DNA from: Planctomycetota bacterium
GTDB taxonomy: Bacteria; Planctomycetota; UBA1135; UBA2386
DNA length: 64,000 nucleotides
Direction: 5' to 3'
Assembly (NCBI GenBank): GCA_046290465.1
Contig: JBKAGP010000001.1
Coordinates: 2,816,001 to 2,880,000 of the forward strand
Below the pieces are notes generated by a model. The model saw only the letters and a program-made list of their open reading frames with translations. It was not told the origin of the DNA and did not search any database. Positions within the stretch are counted from its first letter, which is position 1, and every line of letters starts with the position of its first letter. The position numbers and the translations under genes are program-made. This document shows, one piece after another, positions 9,735-21,006 of the stretch.

Positions 9735-10256
9735 TCAGGCGGTTTCCTGCGACTGCAGCAGCCAGTGGTCCTTCTCGAGGTGGCCCAGCGCGCCGATCAC
9801 GAGGTCTTCGGAGACCGGGTCGTTGACGGCGATGTCGGGCAGCAGGTTGCGGCCGCGCTCGACGACCAGCGACAGATCGGTGCAGCACTGACGGATGGCT
9901 TCGCTGACGGTCAGGGCACCGGCCGGGAACTCTCCGAGGCGCATGTGCTCGGCGACGATCCGCGGACGGGCGTCGGCCTGGCCGCCGATCGTCACGACGC
10001 GTTCGGCGACGTCGTCGACGGTGCGCTGCACGTGCACCAGGATCTCGTCGAGCTGCTCGTGGATGCTCTTGAAGCGCGGACCGCGCAGGTTCCAGTGCGC
10101 CTGCTTCAGGCGCAGGGACAGGGCGACGAGGTCGACGAGCCAGATGTTGAGCCGTTCGCAGACCTCGCTGCGCTTGTGCTCGTCGAGGCCGAACGGAACG
10201 GGGCGGACGTCGGGAAGGGAAGACAGGGTCGAACTGATGGTCATAGGGTGTTCCAT
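9735..10256 (-). CDS. dps: Dps / DNA starvation-stationary phase protection ferritin
   Basis: KQAHWNLRGPRFKSIHEQLDE, DDVAER, LEKDHWLL. The start could be 10313, 10256 or 10244. Confidence 0.93.
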   Translation of the reverse strand: MEHPMTISSTLSSLPDVRPVPFGLDEHKRSEVCERLNIWLVDLVALSLRLKQAHWNLRGPRFKSIHEQLDEILVHVQRTVDDVAERVVTIGGQADARPRIVAEHMRLGEFPAGALTVSEAIRQCCTDLSLVVERGRNLLPDIAVNDPVSEDLVIGALGHLEKDHWLLQSQETA

Positions 10257-10309
10257 GGGTTTGGGAATGGGGACGGCGTCGGGACGCAGCGGCGACGGCT
10301 CCGGCTCGG

Positions 10310-10801
10310 TCACGAGCGCGCCTCTCCGACGACCGGGTCGTCGATCGCGACGATGCGCTGGTAGTCGCTGGTGCCGATCGCGGTCAGCGCCAGCGCCTCG
10401 AGGCCCTTCTCGTCGGCGACGTCGACGGCGACGAGGATCGCGCCGTCCTGGATGTCCTGGCTGCGCAAGAGCGCCTCGTTCTCGGGGATGCCGAGGCCGA
10501 CGAGGCCGCCGAGCAGGCCACCTGCAACGGAGCCGGCGAGCACGCCGACGATCGGACCGGTGAAGACCGCGCCGACCCCGACGAGCGCGCCGGCGACCAG
10601 GCCGCCGGTCGAGCCGAGGGCCACTCCGGCCAGCGCGCCCTTCTTGGCGGCGGTGCGTTCGGTCGCCATGAACGCCTGGCCCGACGCGCTGTCGGCGGCG
10701 AGCACCGAGATCGCGTCCGGAGCGAAGCCGGCGTCCTCGAGGTCTTGGGCCGCGCGGGACGCGCGCTCCTGGTCCTGGAAGATTGCGAGGATGCGTTTCA
10801 T
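10310..10801 (-). CDS. General stress membrane protein (glycine-zipper, YflT/DUF3341-like)
   Basis: MKRILAIFQDQERASRAAQDLEDAGF, Gly/Ala-rich TM hairpin, GLGIPENEA...GAILVAV. Confidence 0.75.
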   Translation of the reverse strand: MKRILAIFQDQERASRAAQDLEDAGFAPDAISVLAADSASGQAFMATERTAAKKGALAGVALGSTGGLVAGALVGVGAVFTGPIVGVLAGSVAGGLLGGLVGLGIPENEALLRSQDIQDGAILVAVDVADEKGLEALALTAIGTSDYQRIVAIDDPVVGEARS

Positions 10802-10814
10802 GCCGGAGCAGGTC

Positions 10815-10830
10815 GCAAGCTCCGTGCCAA
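10815..10830 (-). promoter_or_regulatory. Sigma54 (-24/-12) promoter for the stress protein-dps operon
   Basis: Minus strand reads TTGGCACGGAGCTTGC, matching TGGCAC-N5-TTGC exactly, 14 nt from the ATG at 10801. Confidence 0.85.
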
Positions 10831-10840
10831 CAGCGTTTTG

Positions 10841-10917
10841 TGCAGATGCTGCACGCGCTCCCCGGAACCGGCGCCGGCCCGCATCCCGATCCCCGTGCAG
10901 ATCCTGCAAAGCTTGCA
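10841..10917. promoter_or_regulatory. Putative enhancer (UAS) sites TGCA-N5-TGCA
   Basis: TGCAGATGCTGCA at 10841-10853 and TGCAGATCCTGCAAAGCTTGCA at 10896-10917. Confidence 0.6.
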
Positions 10918-10948
10918 AGCAGTGCCGCCGGTGCCCCAGTATCCGGCC

Positions 10949-12892
10949 ATGACGCGCGACGACGACGGGGCCCGTTCGCGGCCCGAGCGGGCCCGGCTGG
11001 CGCACCTGCGCCTGGTCGAGCGGGCCCTGCACGGCGCAGCCAACAGCATCATCATCTGCGACGCCCGGCGCGAAGACCTGCCGATGACCTACGTCAACGC
11101 GGCGTTCGAGCAGCTGACCGGCTACCGCTCGGCCGAGGTCCTCGGCCTCAATTGCCGGATGCTGAACGACACCGACCGCGACCAGCCGGCGCTGCAGGAG
11201 GTTCGCGACGCGCTGCGCGAACGCCGCGGCACCCGCGTCGTGCTGCGCAACTACCGCAAGGACGGCTCGCCGTTCTGGAACGAACTGACGCTGTCGCCGA
11301 TGTTCGACGCGGCGGGAGAACTGACCCACTACATCGGCACCCAGGTCGACGTCACCGAGCGCATGGAGTTTGCGGCCGAACGCGAGCGCCTGCTTGCCGA
11401 GACGCTCGCCGAACGACAGCGCGCCGAGCGCGCCGCGACCGCGCGCGACCGGCTGCTCGCGGTCGTCTCGCACGAGCTGCGTTCGCCGCTCAACGGCATC
11501 CGGCTGTGGACCTCGCTGCTGCAGGACACCGACCACCCGGACCAGGAGCTGGTCCGGCGCGCGGTCGCCAACATCGAGAGCGGCGTCACCGCGCAGGCCC
11601 GCATCCTCGAGGACCTGCTCGACGCGACCCGCCTCGAGAGCGGCGGGCTGCAGCTCGAGCGCACGCCGGTCGACCTGGTGCCGCTGGCCCGCCGCGTCGT
11701 CGAGCGCAACGCGCCGGCCGCGGTCGAACAGGGCCAGCAGCTGACGTTCGCCGCCGACGTCGACGAGGCGATCGTGCTCGCCGATCGTGGCCGCATCGAG
11801 CAGGTCCTGCAGAACCTGATCGACAACGCCCGTAAGTTCTCGGAGGCCGGTGCCGCCACCCGCGTCGAGGTCGCGATCTCGGGGGACAGCGCGCAGCTGC
11901 GCGTTCGCGACCAGGGCCGCGGCATCGCGGCCGACGACCTCGGCGACCTGTTCGACCGGTTCTGGCAGGGCGCGCGCACCGGCGACCGCGAACAGGACGG
12001 CCTCGGCCTCGGGCTGCACCTGGTGCGCCACCTCGTCGAGCACCAAGGCGGCCGGGTCGAGGCCCACAGCGACGGCCTCGGAACGGGCGCCGAGCTCCGC
12101 ATCGAGCTGCCGCTGCACCGCCGCGCCGACGACGACGCAGAGCAGCGACCGGCGACGTCCACCGATGCGCCGCTGCCGGCCGGCGACCTGCTGGTCGTCG
12201 ACGACGACCCGGCAACGGCCGAGGCGCTGGCGCTCGGCCTGCGCATGGCCGGCTACGAGCCACGCGTCGCGCGCGACGTTCCGACCGCGCTGGCCGAACT
12301 CGACTCGCGACGGCCGCGCGCCCTGGTCAGCGACCTCGGCATCGGCACGCGCTCCGGCTTCGAACTGGCGCAGCGTCTGCGCCGGCTCGAGTTCGACCAG
12401 CGGCTGCCGCGCACGCCTGCGATCGCGATCTCGGGGCGGGACCTGCCCGAGGATGCCCGCGACAGCCGCGCCGCCGGCTTCGACCGCTACCTGCGCAAGC
12501 CGGTCGCGATGCGCCCGCTGGTCGCGGCGCTGCGCGCCCTGCTCGAGGCCGACAAGGCGCCGGCGCTCGACGTGCTGATCGTGCACGGCGACCGCCAGGC
12601 AGGCGAACGGCTGCGCGAACTGCTGCTCGGCCACGGCCACAGCGTGCAGGTCGCGCCCGACGCGGCGGCGGCGCTGGCGCAGATCGCGCAGCACCCGGTC
12701 GACGCCGTGGTCGCGACCGCGACGCTGCCCGACGGCGACGGCGAGACCCTGCACGCGTCCGTGCAGCAGACCGCGCCGCAGACGCTCGCGATCACGCTCG
12801 GCGACGGCGACGATCCGGAGCAGGTCGCAGCGGAGGTGGCGTTCCGCCTGTGGCGCTGGCAACGTCTGCCGATCTCCGCCGACGAACGGTAG
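10949..12892 (+). CDS. LOV-domain hybrid sensor histidine kinase (LOV-HisKA-HATPase-REC-degenerate REC)
   Basis: GLNCRMLN, NYRKDGSPFWNEL, YIGTQVDVT; SHELRSPL; NLIDNARKF, DQGRGI, GLGLGL; REC with VVDDD...SD...KP. Confidence 0.9.
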   Translation: MTRDDDGARSRPERARLAHLRLVERALHGAANSIIICDARREDLPMTYVNAAFEQLTGYRSAEVLGLNCRMLNDTDRDQPALQEVRDALRERRGTRVVLRNYRKDGSPFWNELTLSPMFDAAGELTHYIGTQVDVTERMEFAAERERLLAETLAERQRAERAATARDRLLAVVSHELRSPLNGIRLWTSLLQDTDHPDQELVRRAVANIESGVTAQARILEDLLDATRLESGGLQLERTPVDLVPLARRVVERNAPAAVEQGQQLTFAADVDEAIVLADRGRIEQVLQNLIDNARKFSEAGAATRVEVAISGDSAQLRVRDQGRGIAADDLGDLFDRFWQGARTGDREQDGLGLGLHLVRHLVEHQGGRVEAHSDGLGTGAELRIELPLHRRADDDAEQRPATSTDAPLPAGDLLVVDDDPATAEALALGLRMAGYEPRVARDVPTALAELDSRRPRALVSDLGIGTRSGFELAQRLRRLEFDQRLPRTPAIAISGRDLPEDARDSRAAGFDRYLRKPVAMRPLVAALRALLEADKAPALDVLIVHGDRQAGERLRELLLGHGHSVQVAPDAAAALAQIAQHPVDAVVATATLPDGDGETLHASVQQTAPQTLAITLGDGDDPEQVAAEVAFRLWRWQRLPISADER

Positions 12893-12902
12893 GATCCGGC
12901 GC

Positions 12903-14300
<1,398 letters not shown>

Positions 14301-14380
14301 CGTCCGCCACCGAAGCCGTCTGCTCAGGACAACTTACGCCCGCACCACCGGATCGCCCCGGCCACCGGCACGCAACGCTA

Positions 14381-14445
14381 TGTAAAGCATGTTTGACACA
14401 AGGTCGAAGATGGGTTACATCGATCGATGTCAAACATCCTTTACA
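14381..14445. promoter_or_regulatory. Pair of palindromic operators overlapping a TTGACA -35 box
   Basis: TGTAAAGCATGTTTGACA (14381-14398) and TGTCAAACATCCTTTACA (14428-14445) are 17/18 inverted matches. Confidence 0.75.
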
Positions 14446-14473
14446 CCAACGACCCGCACCCACCGACGACCCG

Positions 14474-14893
14474 ATGTCCTTCGAAGAAAAGAGCACCTGG
14501 ATCATGGCCGTGATCAGCCCGGTCGCCTGCGCCGTCTACGTGCTCAACGTCCTCACCCGCCTCGAGCACGCGCCCGCCACCGAGGTCCACTACGCTTGGC
14601 CGATGATCGTCTCGATCGTCGCCGCGGTGGTCGCGTCGATCGTCGCGCACATCGTCGTGTCGATCGCCAACCCGCGCGAGGCCGACCGGCGCGACGAGCG
14701 TGACGCCCACATCGCGCGCTTCGGCGGCCACGTCAGCGGCTTCGTGCTGGCGATCGCCTGCGTCAACGTGCTGATCCTGGCGATCACCGAGGTCGCCCAC
14801 TTCTGGATCGCCAACGCCATCTACGCGTCGCTCGTGCTCGCCGACGTCACCGGCTCGATCACGAAGATCGTCGGCTACCGTCGGGGCTTCTGA
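14474..14893 (+). CDS. 4-TM membrane protein (DUF2178-like)
   Basis: ATG 14474, [16 protein letters not shown] motif between TM pairs; coupled to an XRE gene. Confidence 0.75.
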   Translation: MSFEEKSTWIMAVISPVACAVYVLNVLTRLEHAPATEVHYAWPMIVSIVAAVVASIVAHIVVSIANPREADRRDERDAHIARFGGHVSGFVLAIACVNVLILAITEVAHFWIANAIYASLVLADVTGSITKIVGYRRGF

Positions 14894-15114
14894 TGGGCAA
14901 GCCGACCAGGATCACCAACCGCATCCGCGCGCTGCGCTTCGAACACGGCGAGATGACCCAGCAGGAGCTGGCCGACGCGGTCGGCGTGACCCGCCAGACG
15001 ATCCTGGCGATCGAGCAGTCGCGCTACTCCCCCAGCCTCGAGGTCGCCTTCAAGATCGCCAAGGCCTTCGACGTCGAACTCGGCGAGGTGTTCGCCTACC
15101 CGGACGACGCGTGA
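14893..15114 (+). CDS. XRE-family HTH transcriptional regulator
   Basis: [43 protein letters not shown]. Confidence 0.93.
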   Translation: MGKPTRITNRIRALRFEHGEMTQQELADAVGVTRQTILAIEQSRYSPSLEVAFKIAKAFDVELGEVFAYPDDA

Positions 15115-15686
15115 GTGCGCTCCTCGAGCCGAACCAGCGCCAACTGCTCGCGGCGCTGCAGGCGCTCGGCCTGCGCGACCGCACCGTGCTCGAGATCGGC
15201 TGCGGCCGCGCGCCGCTGCACGCGCAGCTGGTCGATGCCGGTGCGAACGTGGTCGGGGTCGAACTGCAGCAACCGCTCCTGGACGCCGCGCGGGCCGGCG
15301 ACGACGCGCGTCGGCGCTACCTGCACGGCGACTTCGTCGCGCTCGCCGACGAGATCGGCGCCGTCGACGTGGCGCTGCTCGACAAGGTCGTGCACTGCTA
15401 CGGCGATCCCGAGGCGCTGGTGCGGCGTGCCGCGCAGGCCGCGCGCATCGCGGTGGCGCTGAGCTTTCCCCGCAACGTGCTCTGGCTGCGCTGCCTGCTG
15501 ACGTGCGTCGGGCCGGTGATGGGCCTGCTGCCCGGCCTGCGCAGCCTGCCGTTCCGGGTCCGGTTCACCAGGCCCGAGACCGTGCGCGGCTGGCTGCTCG
15601 ACGAAGGCCTGCGCTGTCGTTCGCGAAGCGACGCAGGGCCGTGGCACACCGAGCTCTACGTGCGGGACGCAGCCGCGCCCGCATGA
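15111..15686 (+). CDS. SAM-dependent methyltransferase
   Basis: Motif I VLEIGCG, GVEL, GDF, DKVVHCY. Confidence 0.8.
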   Translation: MSALLEPNQRQLLAALQALGLRDRTVLEIGCGRAPLHAQLVDAGANVVGVELQQPLLDAARAGDDARRRYLHGDFVALADEIGAVDVALLDKVVHCYGDPEALVRRAAQAARIAVALSFPRNVLWLRCLLTCVGPVMGLLPGLRSLPFRVRFTRPETVRGWLLDEGLRCRSRSDAGPWHTELYVRDAAAPA

Positions 15687-15699
15687 CGACGGGCCGGCG

Positions 15700-17151
15700 T
15701 CAAACGCCCAGCCGGCGCGACAGGTCGGTCTGGAAGAAGCCGGTCGGATCCCACTGCTGCTTGAGCGCACGGAACTTCGCGACGGCTGCTTCGCCGTGCA
15801 CGCGCGGGAACGACGATTCCATCAGCACGGCGTCCTTGGCGTAGTAGAAGCGGCCGCCGGCATCGAGCACGATCTCGGCCATCTCCTGGCACATGCGCCA
15901 CAGGCTCTCGCGCTTGCCGTGGTTCCTGCTGACGCAGATGTCCATCGCCATCGAGTAGCCGTCGACCGCGTGCGTCATCAAGAACGGGTCGGGCTTGTGC
16001 TTCTTGAGCACGCCGAGGTACGGCACGTGGCCCTTGCGCTGGCACAGCTCGATCAGCTGCCGCAGGACCCGCGGCGCCTCGTTCTTCGGGAGGAACGGCT
16101 GGAACTGGATCAGCCCGCCCGGCTTGGTCATCCACTGCCAGCGCGGCACGTAGTCGAGCAGGAAGTGGAACGCGCCGTGGCTCTGCAGGTAGGGCGAGTT
16201 GCGTTCCTCGCGGTAGCCGGCCAGGAACTTCAGCCAGTTGACCAGACCGACCTGGCCGGACTTGACCGCGCACCACATGCCCGGCCACAGCCAGCCCTTC
16301 GGCACCACGCCGAAGATGTTGGGCGGCACGTCCTGCAGCGACGGGTCGAAGAAGCGCAGGCCGTCCGGGTCCTCGCCCGGGTTCATCTGGTCGGCGCGGT
16401 GCATCAGCCCGCGGCCGAGCGCCTTGCCCTTGGCGTGCACGTCGACCCAGCTGACCAGGTAGTCGGCTTCGCCGTGCATGTCCTCGAGGATCTCGAAGTT
16501 GTGGTCGAGGTCCTTGCAGACGATGCCCCAGACGCGCAGGCGGCCGGAGTGCACACGCTTGGTCTCGATCTCGAGGCGCGTGAAGCAGCCGAGCATGCCG
16601 AAGCCGCCGATCGCGGCGTGGAACAGTTCGGGGTTCTGTTCGCGCGAGCACTGCACCAACTCGCCCTTCGGCGTCATCAGCTCGAACGAACGGATGCCCT
16701 CGCCGAACGAGCCGAGGCGGTAGTTGTTCTTGCCGTGGATGTTCATCGCGGCGGCGCCGCCCATCGACACCTGCATCGTGCCGCTGACGACGCGCGGCCA
16801 GTAGCCGCAGCCGATCGACCGCCGCCACAGATCGCGCACGGTCACGCCCGGCTCACAGGTCGCGACGCCGGTCGCCGGATCGAACGCCAGGATCCGGTTC
16901 ATGCTCGTCAGGTCGAGCACGTGGCCGTGGTTGTTGGTCGACGCGTCGCCGTAGCTGCAGCCGGCGCCGCGCAGCGCCAGCGTCTTGCCGTCGCGCTGCA
17001 CCTGCGCGAACGCGGCCGCGACCTGTTCGGTCGTCTTCGGCCGGAACACCTGCGCCGGTCCGCCGACCGACATGCCGAACCCCATCACCGACTCGTTGCG
17101 CCAGGTCGGCGATGCGGCGGTCGTGTCGGGATCTTGCGTCGAGGAGGTCAT
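15700..17151 (-). CDS. FAD-binding oxidoreductase, DprE1-like
   Basis: RGAGCSYGDAS, NIHGKNN, IGGFGMLG, GGRFYYAKDA, DPTGFFQTDLSRRLG. Likely start ATG 17151. Confidence 0.85.
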   Translation of the reverse strand: MTSSTQDPDTTAASPTWRNESVMGFGMSVGGPAQVFRPKTTEQVAAAFAQVQRDGKTLALRGAGCSYGDASTNNHGHVLDLTSMNRILAFDPATGVATCEPGVTVRDLWRRSIGCGYWPRVVSGTMQVSMGGAAAMNIHGKNNYRLGSFGEGIRSFELMTPKGELVQCSREQNPELFHAAIGGFGMLGCFTRLEIETKRVHSGRLRVWGIVCKDLDHNFEILEDMHGEADYLVSWVDVHAKGKALGRGLMHRADQMNPGEDPDGLRFFDPSLQDVPPNIFGVVPKGWLWPGMWCAVKSGQVGLVNWLKFLAGYREERNSPYLQSHGAFHFLLDYVPRWQWMTKPGGLIQFQPFLPKNEAPRVLRQLIELCQRKGHVPYLGVLKKHKPDPFLMTHAVDGYSMAMDICVSRNHGKRESLWRMCQEMAEIVLDAGGRFYYAKDAVLMESSFPRVHGEAAVAKFRALKQQWDPTGFFQTDLSRRLGV

Positions 17152-17191
17152 GGCTTCGGGGGCGAACGTCGGCGCCTGCAGCGATGTTTCG

Positions 17192-17275
17192 GCAAGCTCG
17201 ATCGAATCGAGCAAGCTCGATCGAATCGACCAGGGGTCGATCGCATCGACCAAGGTTGGAACTCGATCAGATCGA
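17192..17275. repeat. Four TCGAT-N3-ATCGA palindromes, including a 19-bp direct duplication
   Basis: Palindromes at 17198, 17217, 17237 and 17263; GCAAGCTCGATCGAATCGA occurs twice (17192-17229). Confidence 0.8.
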
Positions 17276-18016
17276 CAGCTTGCGGAACACGAACGACGGG
17301 ATGTTGCGGATCACGAACATGATCAAGCGCCACTTGCCGGGCACGTAGACGATCGCCTTGCGCCGGTCGCGCGCCTTCAGGATCAGCTCTGCGGCCTTAT
17401 CGGCCGGGATCGCGCCCTTCAGCTGAAGGTCCGCCGTCATCGGCGTTTCGACGAACCCCGGCCGGATCGTCGTGACCTGCACGCCGTGCCGCCAGAGCCG
17501 GTTGCGCAGCGCCTCGAGGTAGGTGTCCATGCCGGCCTTGCTGGCGTTGTAGACCGGGCGGCCGATGCGGCCGCGATCCTGCGCGACCGACGTCACGCCG
17601 ACGATGCAGCCGCGCTTGCGCTGCTGGAACCGCCGCGCCGCCGCGTTGCACCACGCGATCGCACCGAGGAAGTTGACGTGGACCTGCAGGCGGTCCTTGT
17701 CGAGGTCGAACTCGTCCGGACCGACCTCGGGCATCACCCCGGCGACGAAGTGCAGTTCGTCGACGTCGCCGCACTCCTGCTCGATCCGGGCGAACAGCGC
17801 TTCGGCCGCATCGACGTCGGACGCGTCGTGCACGTAGGCCGTGGCGACCTGCTTGCCGAGCGCCTCGTCGATCAGCGCGACCTGGGCCGCGAGTTCGTCC
17901 TGGCGGCGCGCCAGCAGCGCGACCTTGCGACCTTGGCGGGCCAGGCGGCGCGCGACCGCCAGGCCGATGCCGGACGACGCGCCGACGACGATGCAGGTGC
18001 CGTTGCGGGGGCTCAT
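17267..18016 (-). CDS. Short-chain dehydrogenase, DprE2-like
   Basis: GASSGIG, SVAQDRGR, YNASK, IRPGFVETPMT, WRLIMFVIRNIP. Confidence 0.88.
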   Translation of the reverse strand: MSPRNGTCIVVGASSGIGLAVARRLARQGRKVALLARRQDELAAQVALIDEALGKQVATAYVHDASDVDAAEALFARIEQECGDVDELHFVAGVMPEVGPDEFDLDKDRLQVHVNFLGAIAWCNAAARRFQQRKRGCIVGVTSVAQDRGRIGRPVYNASKAGMDTYLEALRNRLWRHGVQVTTIRPGFVETPMTADLQLKGAIPADKAAELILKARDRRKAIVYVPGKWRLIMFVIRNIPSFVFRKLSI

Positions 18017-18118
18017 GAGGCCCGAGAGGAGACGCCTCGCACCCGGCGATTGCAACCGCGGCAACGTTCAGCGGCCGCCGCGCTTGCCGGATCGGCGCCC
18101 CGCCTCCATCATCGCGCC

Positions 18119-19138
18119 ATGCGAACGGCGGTCCTCTGTGTGGTGCTTCTCGGTGCGGGCCTCGCGGCGCAGGATCGTCCCGCAGCCGCGCAGCCACAGC
18201 TGCCCAAGCGGCTGTTCGTGGACAGCGTCGTCGCCAGCATCAACGACAGCGCGATCCTGCAGAGCAAGGTGTTCGCGGTGTCGTCCGGCGACATCGTCGG
18301 CAAGGAGAACGAATATGGCGGCCCGCTGCCGCTGCAGGCGATCGCCGACCTGACCGGCCAGGCGCTGCGCAAGCTGATCAGCGACTACCAGATGGCGCAG
18401 TCGGCGCGTTCGTTCGGCAACATCCCGCCCGAGCGCTTCGACATGATCCTCGAGTCGGAGCTCGAGCGCGACAAGGAGGAGCTGCGGCGCGACCTCGGTG
18501 GCTACGGCGAACTCAGCGCCGAACTCGACCGCACCGGCCAGACCTGGCGCACCTACGCCAACGGCAAGAAGATCGAGAAGCTGCAGATGCTCGCCGAGCA
18601 GTTCTCGATCTACGAGCGCCTGCGCAAGCAGTCGAACCTCTACCTGACGCCGCGCATGCTGCGGGAGACCTACCAGCAGGTGCGCGACCAGTTCGTCGGC
18701 CCGGCGCTGGCCCAGGTGTCGCTGGTGACCTTCCGCGGGCCCGACGCGGAGCGGCACGCGAAGGCCGCGTCGGACCTGTGGGCCGACAAGGTGCTGACGG
18801 CGCGCGAGGTCGCCGCCCGCTACGACGGCGCGACGCCGGTGCCGACGCTGCGCGCCAAGGACCTGCAGCCGCGCCTGCGCGACTTCGCGCTGAAGGGCCC
18901 GGTCGGCAACGTGTCGCAGCCGATCCCGCGCGGCAACGGCCTCGTCGACGTCATCAAGGTGATGCAGTACCTGCCGGCCCGGAACGGCCGCTTCGAGGAT
19001 CCCGCCGTGCAGGCGCAGGTCCGCGAGATGGCCACCAACCGGGTGTTCCTCGAGTTCCGTGCGCAGGCGCTCGAGCAGGCCCGCGAACGCACCGAGGTGT
19101 GGATCTACCAGAACGGTCGACGCGTCCCGATGCGCTGA
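18119..19138 (+). CDS. SurA-like periplasmic chaperone / parvulin-related protein
   Basis: Signal peptide, VDSVVASINDSAILQS, FALKGPVGNVSQPI. Confidence 0.6.
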   Translation: MRTAVLCVVLLGAGLAAQDRPAAAQPQLPKRLFVDSVVASINDSAILQSKVFAVSSGDIVGKENEYGGPLPLQAIADLTGQALRKLISDYQMAQSARSFGNIPPERFDMILESELERDKEELRRDLGGYGELSAELDRTGQTWRTYANGKKIEKLQMLAEQFSIYERLRKQSNLYLTPRMLRETYQQVRDQFVGPALAQVSLVTFRGPDAERHAKAASDLWADKVLTAREVAARYDGATPVPTLRAKDLQPRLRDFALKGPVGNVSQPIPRGNGLVDVIKVMQYLPARNGRFEDPAVQAQVREMATNRVFLEFRAQALEQARERTEVWIYQNGRRVPMR

Positions 19139-19385
19139 CGCAAACTACAACTCACAATTGACTTACGACCAACCCAGGCGACGCTCCCCGACCTGGAAGC
19201 CACCGGCCGTCAGGACTGGCGGTTGCCAGGACGCACCCGGGTCGGTCTACTTTCCCGCCCCTCTCTGAACCTCCCTGCGGATCGGCCCGTTCGACGTGGT
19301 CGCGCCAGCCCTTGGCGCCACACGTCTCCAGGCCATCCAGGCTGCGGCGCCCCAAGCGCCGCGTCCGAATCTCAGGTCCCATAGC

Positions 19386-20918
19386 ATGGTCCATCTCGAC
19401 CCCACCAAGATCCAAGTTCAGTCCAACGCGGCTCCCGTCTGGGAGCAGGAAGAGACCTTCCAGGACATGATGGCCGAGCGCCTCCGCCAGGCGCCGTGGC
19501 TGATTCTCTCGGCGGCCATCCACGCGGTCATCGCGCTGCTGGTGATCGTGCTGATCCCGCCGAAGGAGAAGGAGAAGCCGAAGGCCGTCGTCGAGATGGA
19601 CATCAAGGAGGAGACCCAGATCGAGGAACCGCCTCCGCCGCCGCCGCCGGAGACGAAGACCGAAGAAGTCACGGAAGAGGTCGTCGTCACCGAGACGACG
19701 GTCACCGAGACCGAAGAGGCCTTCGACAACACGGACAGTGAAGAGGTCTCCAAGGAGTCGGCCTTCGACTCGAACCAGTGGAACTCGGCCGTCGGTCTCG
19801 GCGGTGGCGCCGGTGGCCGCTACGGCGGTCGCGGCGGCGGCAAGGGCGGCAAGGGCGGCGGCAAGTCGTACGCGGCTGCCATCGACGCCGGCCTCAAGTG
19901 GCTTGCCAACCACCAGGACGAAGACGGCAAGTGGGACTGCGACGGCTTCATGAAGCACGACCTGGCCGACGGCGGCCAGATCTGCGACGGCCCCGGCAAC
20001 GCGGTCCACGACGTGGGTGTCACCGGCCTCGCGCTGCTCGCCTTCCTCGGCGACGGCAGCACGATGCGTTCGGGCCCCTACAAGGAGAACATCAAGAACG
20101 GCGTCAACTGGCTGCGCAAGCAGCAGCAGGAGAACGGCCTGTTCGGCACCAACGCGTCGCACGACTTCATCTACGACCACGCGATCGCCGCCTATGCGAT
20201 GTGCGAGGCCTACGGCCTGTCGAACTACAAGCTGCTCAAGAAGACCGCCCAGAAGGGCATCAACTACCTCGAGTCGCACCGCAACCCCTACTCGGTGTGG
20301 CGCTACCAGCCGCGAGACAACGACAACGACATCTCGGTGACCGGCTGGTGCATCATGGCCTACGAGTCGGGCGAGTTCTTCGAGCTGCAGATCAACAAGT
20401 CGGCGCTCGACCTGTGCGAGACGTTCCTCGACCAGGTCTCGGACCCGACCGGCAAGCACGGCTACACCAAGCAGGGTGAAGGCAGCTCGCGGAAGCCGGG
20501 CGACCACGGCACCAAGTTCCCGATCGAGAAGGGCGAGGCCCTGACCGCGGTCGGCCTGTTCTGCCGCTTCTTCATGAACCAGGACCCGAAGGAGAAGCCG
20601 ATCATGAAGGCTGCGGCCGACCTGATCCGCAGCAAGCCGCCGGTCTGGGACGAGAAGGGTGGTTCGATCGACCACTACTACTGGTACTACGCCACCTACG
20701 CGCTGTTCCAGTACGGCGGCGCCCACTGGAACGAGTGGAAGAAGAAGCTCGAGTCGTCGGTGGTGAAGAACCAGCACCGCAAGGGTAGCGAGAAGAACCT
20801 GCTCGGCTCGTGGGACCCGATCGGCGCCTGGGGCGAAGACGGCGGCCGCGTCTACTCGACGGCCATCCTCGTGCTGACGCTCGAGGCGTACTACCGTTAC
20901 TCGCGCCTGGTGCGCTGA
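19386..20918 (+). CDS. Membrane-anchored prenyltransferase/squalene-cyclase-repeat protein (copy 1)
   Basis: TM (PWLILSAAIH), Pro/Glu linker, GLKWLANHQDEDGKW, TGLALLAFLGDG, YYWYYATYALFQ, GGRVYSTA. Confidence 0.85.
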   Translation: MVHLDPTKIQVQSNAAPVWEQEETFQDMMAERLRQAPWLILSAAIHAVIALLVIVLIPPKEKEKPKAVVEMDIKEETQIEEPPPPPPPETKTEEVTEEVVVTETTVTETEEAFDNTDSEEVSKESAFDSNQWNSAVGLGGGAGGRYGGRGGGKGGKGGGKSYAAAIDAGLKWLANHQDEDGKWDCDGFMKHDLADGGQICDGPGNAVHDVGVTGLALLAFLGDGSTMRSGPYKENIKNGVNWLRKQQQENGLFGTNASHDFIYDHAIAAYAMCEAYGLSNYKLLKKTAQKGINYLESHRNPYSVWRYQPRDNDNDISVTGWCIMAYESGEFFELQINKSALDLCETFLDQVSDPTGKHGYTKQGEGSSRKPGDHGTKFPIEKGEALTAVGLFCRFFMNQDPKEKPIMKAAADLIRSKPPVWDEKGGSIDHYYWYYATYALFQYGGAHWNEWKKKLESSVVKNQHRKGSEKNLLGSWDPIGAWGEDGGRVYSTAILVLTLEAYYRYSRLVR

Positions 20919-20941
20919 TCGCAGCAGCAAGGCCCAATCGC

Positions 20942-20979
20942 AAACGGCTCGCGTCCCTCACGGGGACGCGAGCCGTTTT
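20942..20979. terminator. Bidirectional intrinsic terminator
   Basis: AAACGGCTCGCGTCCC-loop-GGGACGCGAGCCGTTTT between convergent genes. Confidence 0.85.
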
Positions 20980-21006
20980 GCGTTGGTGGCCGACGCATCC
21001 GAACGG

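Noticed and set aside
15111..15686. Photosynthesis gene calls (bchM here; btpA at 1-737)
   Set aside because: Only generic methyltransferase and TIM-barrel family motifs are present, and there are no other photosynthesis genes in the window.
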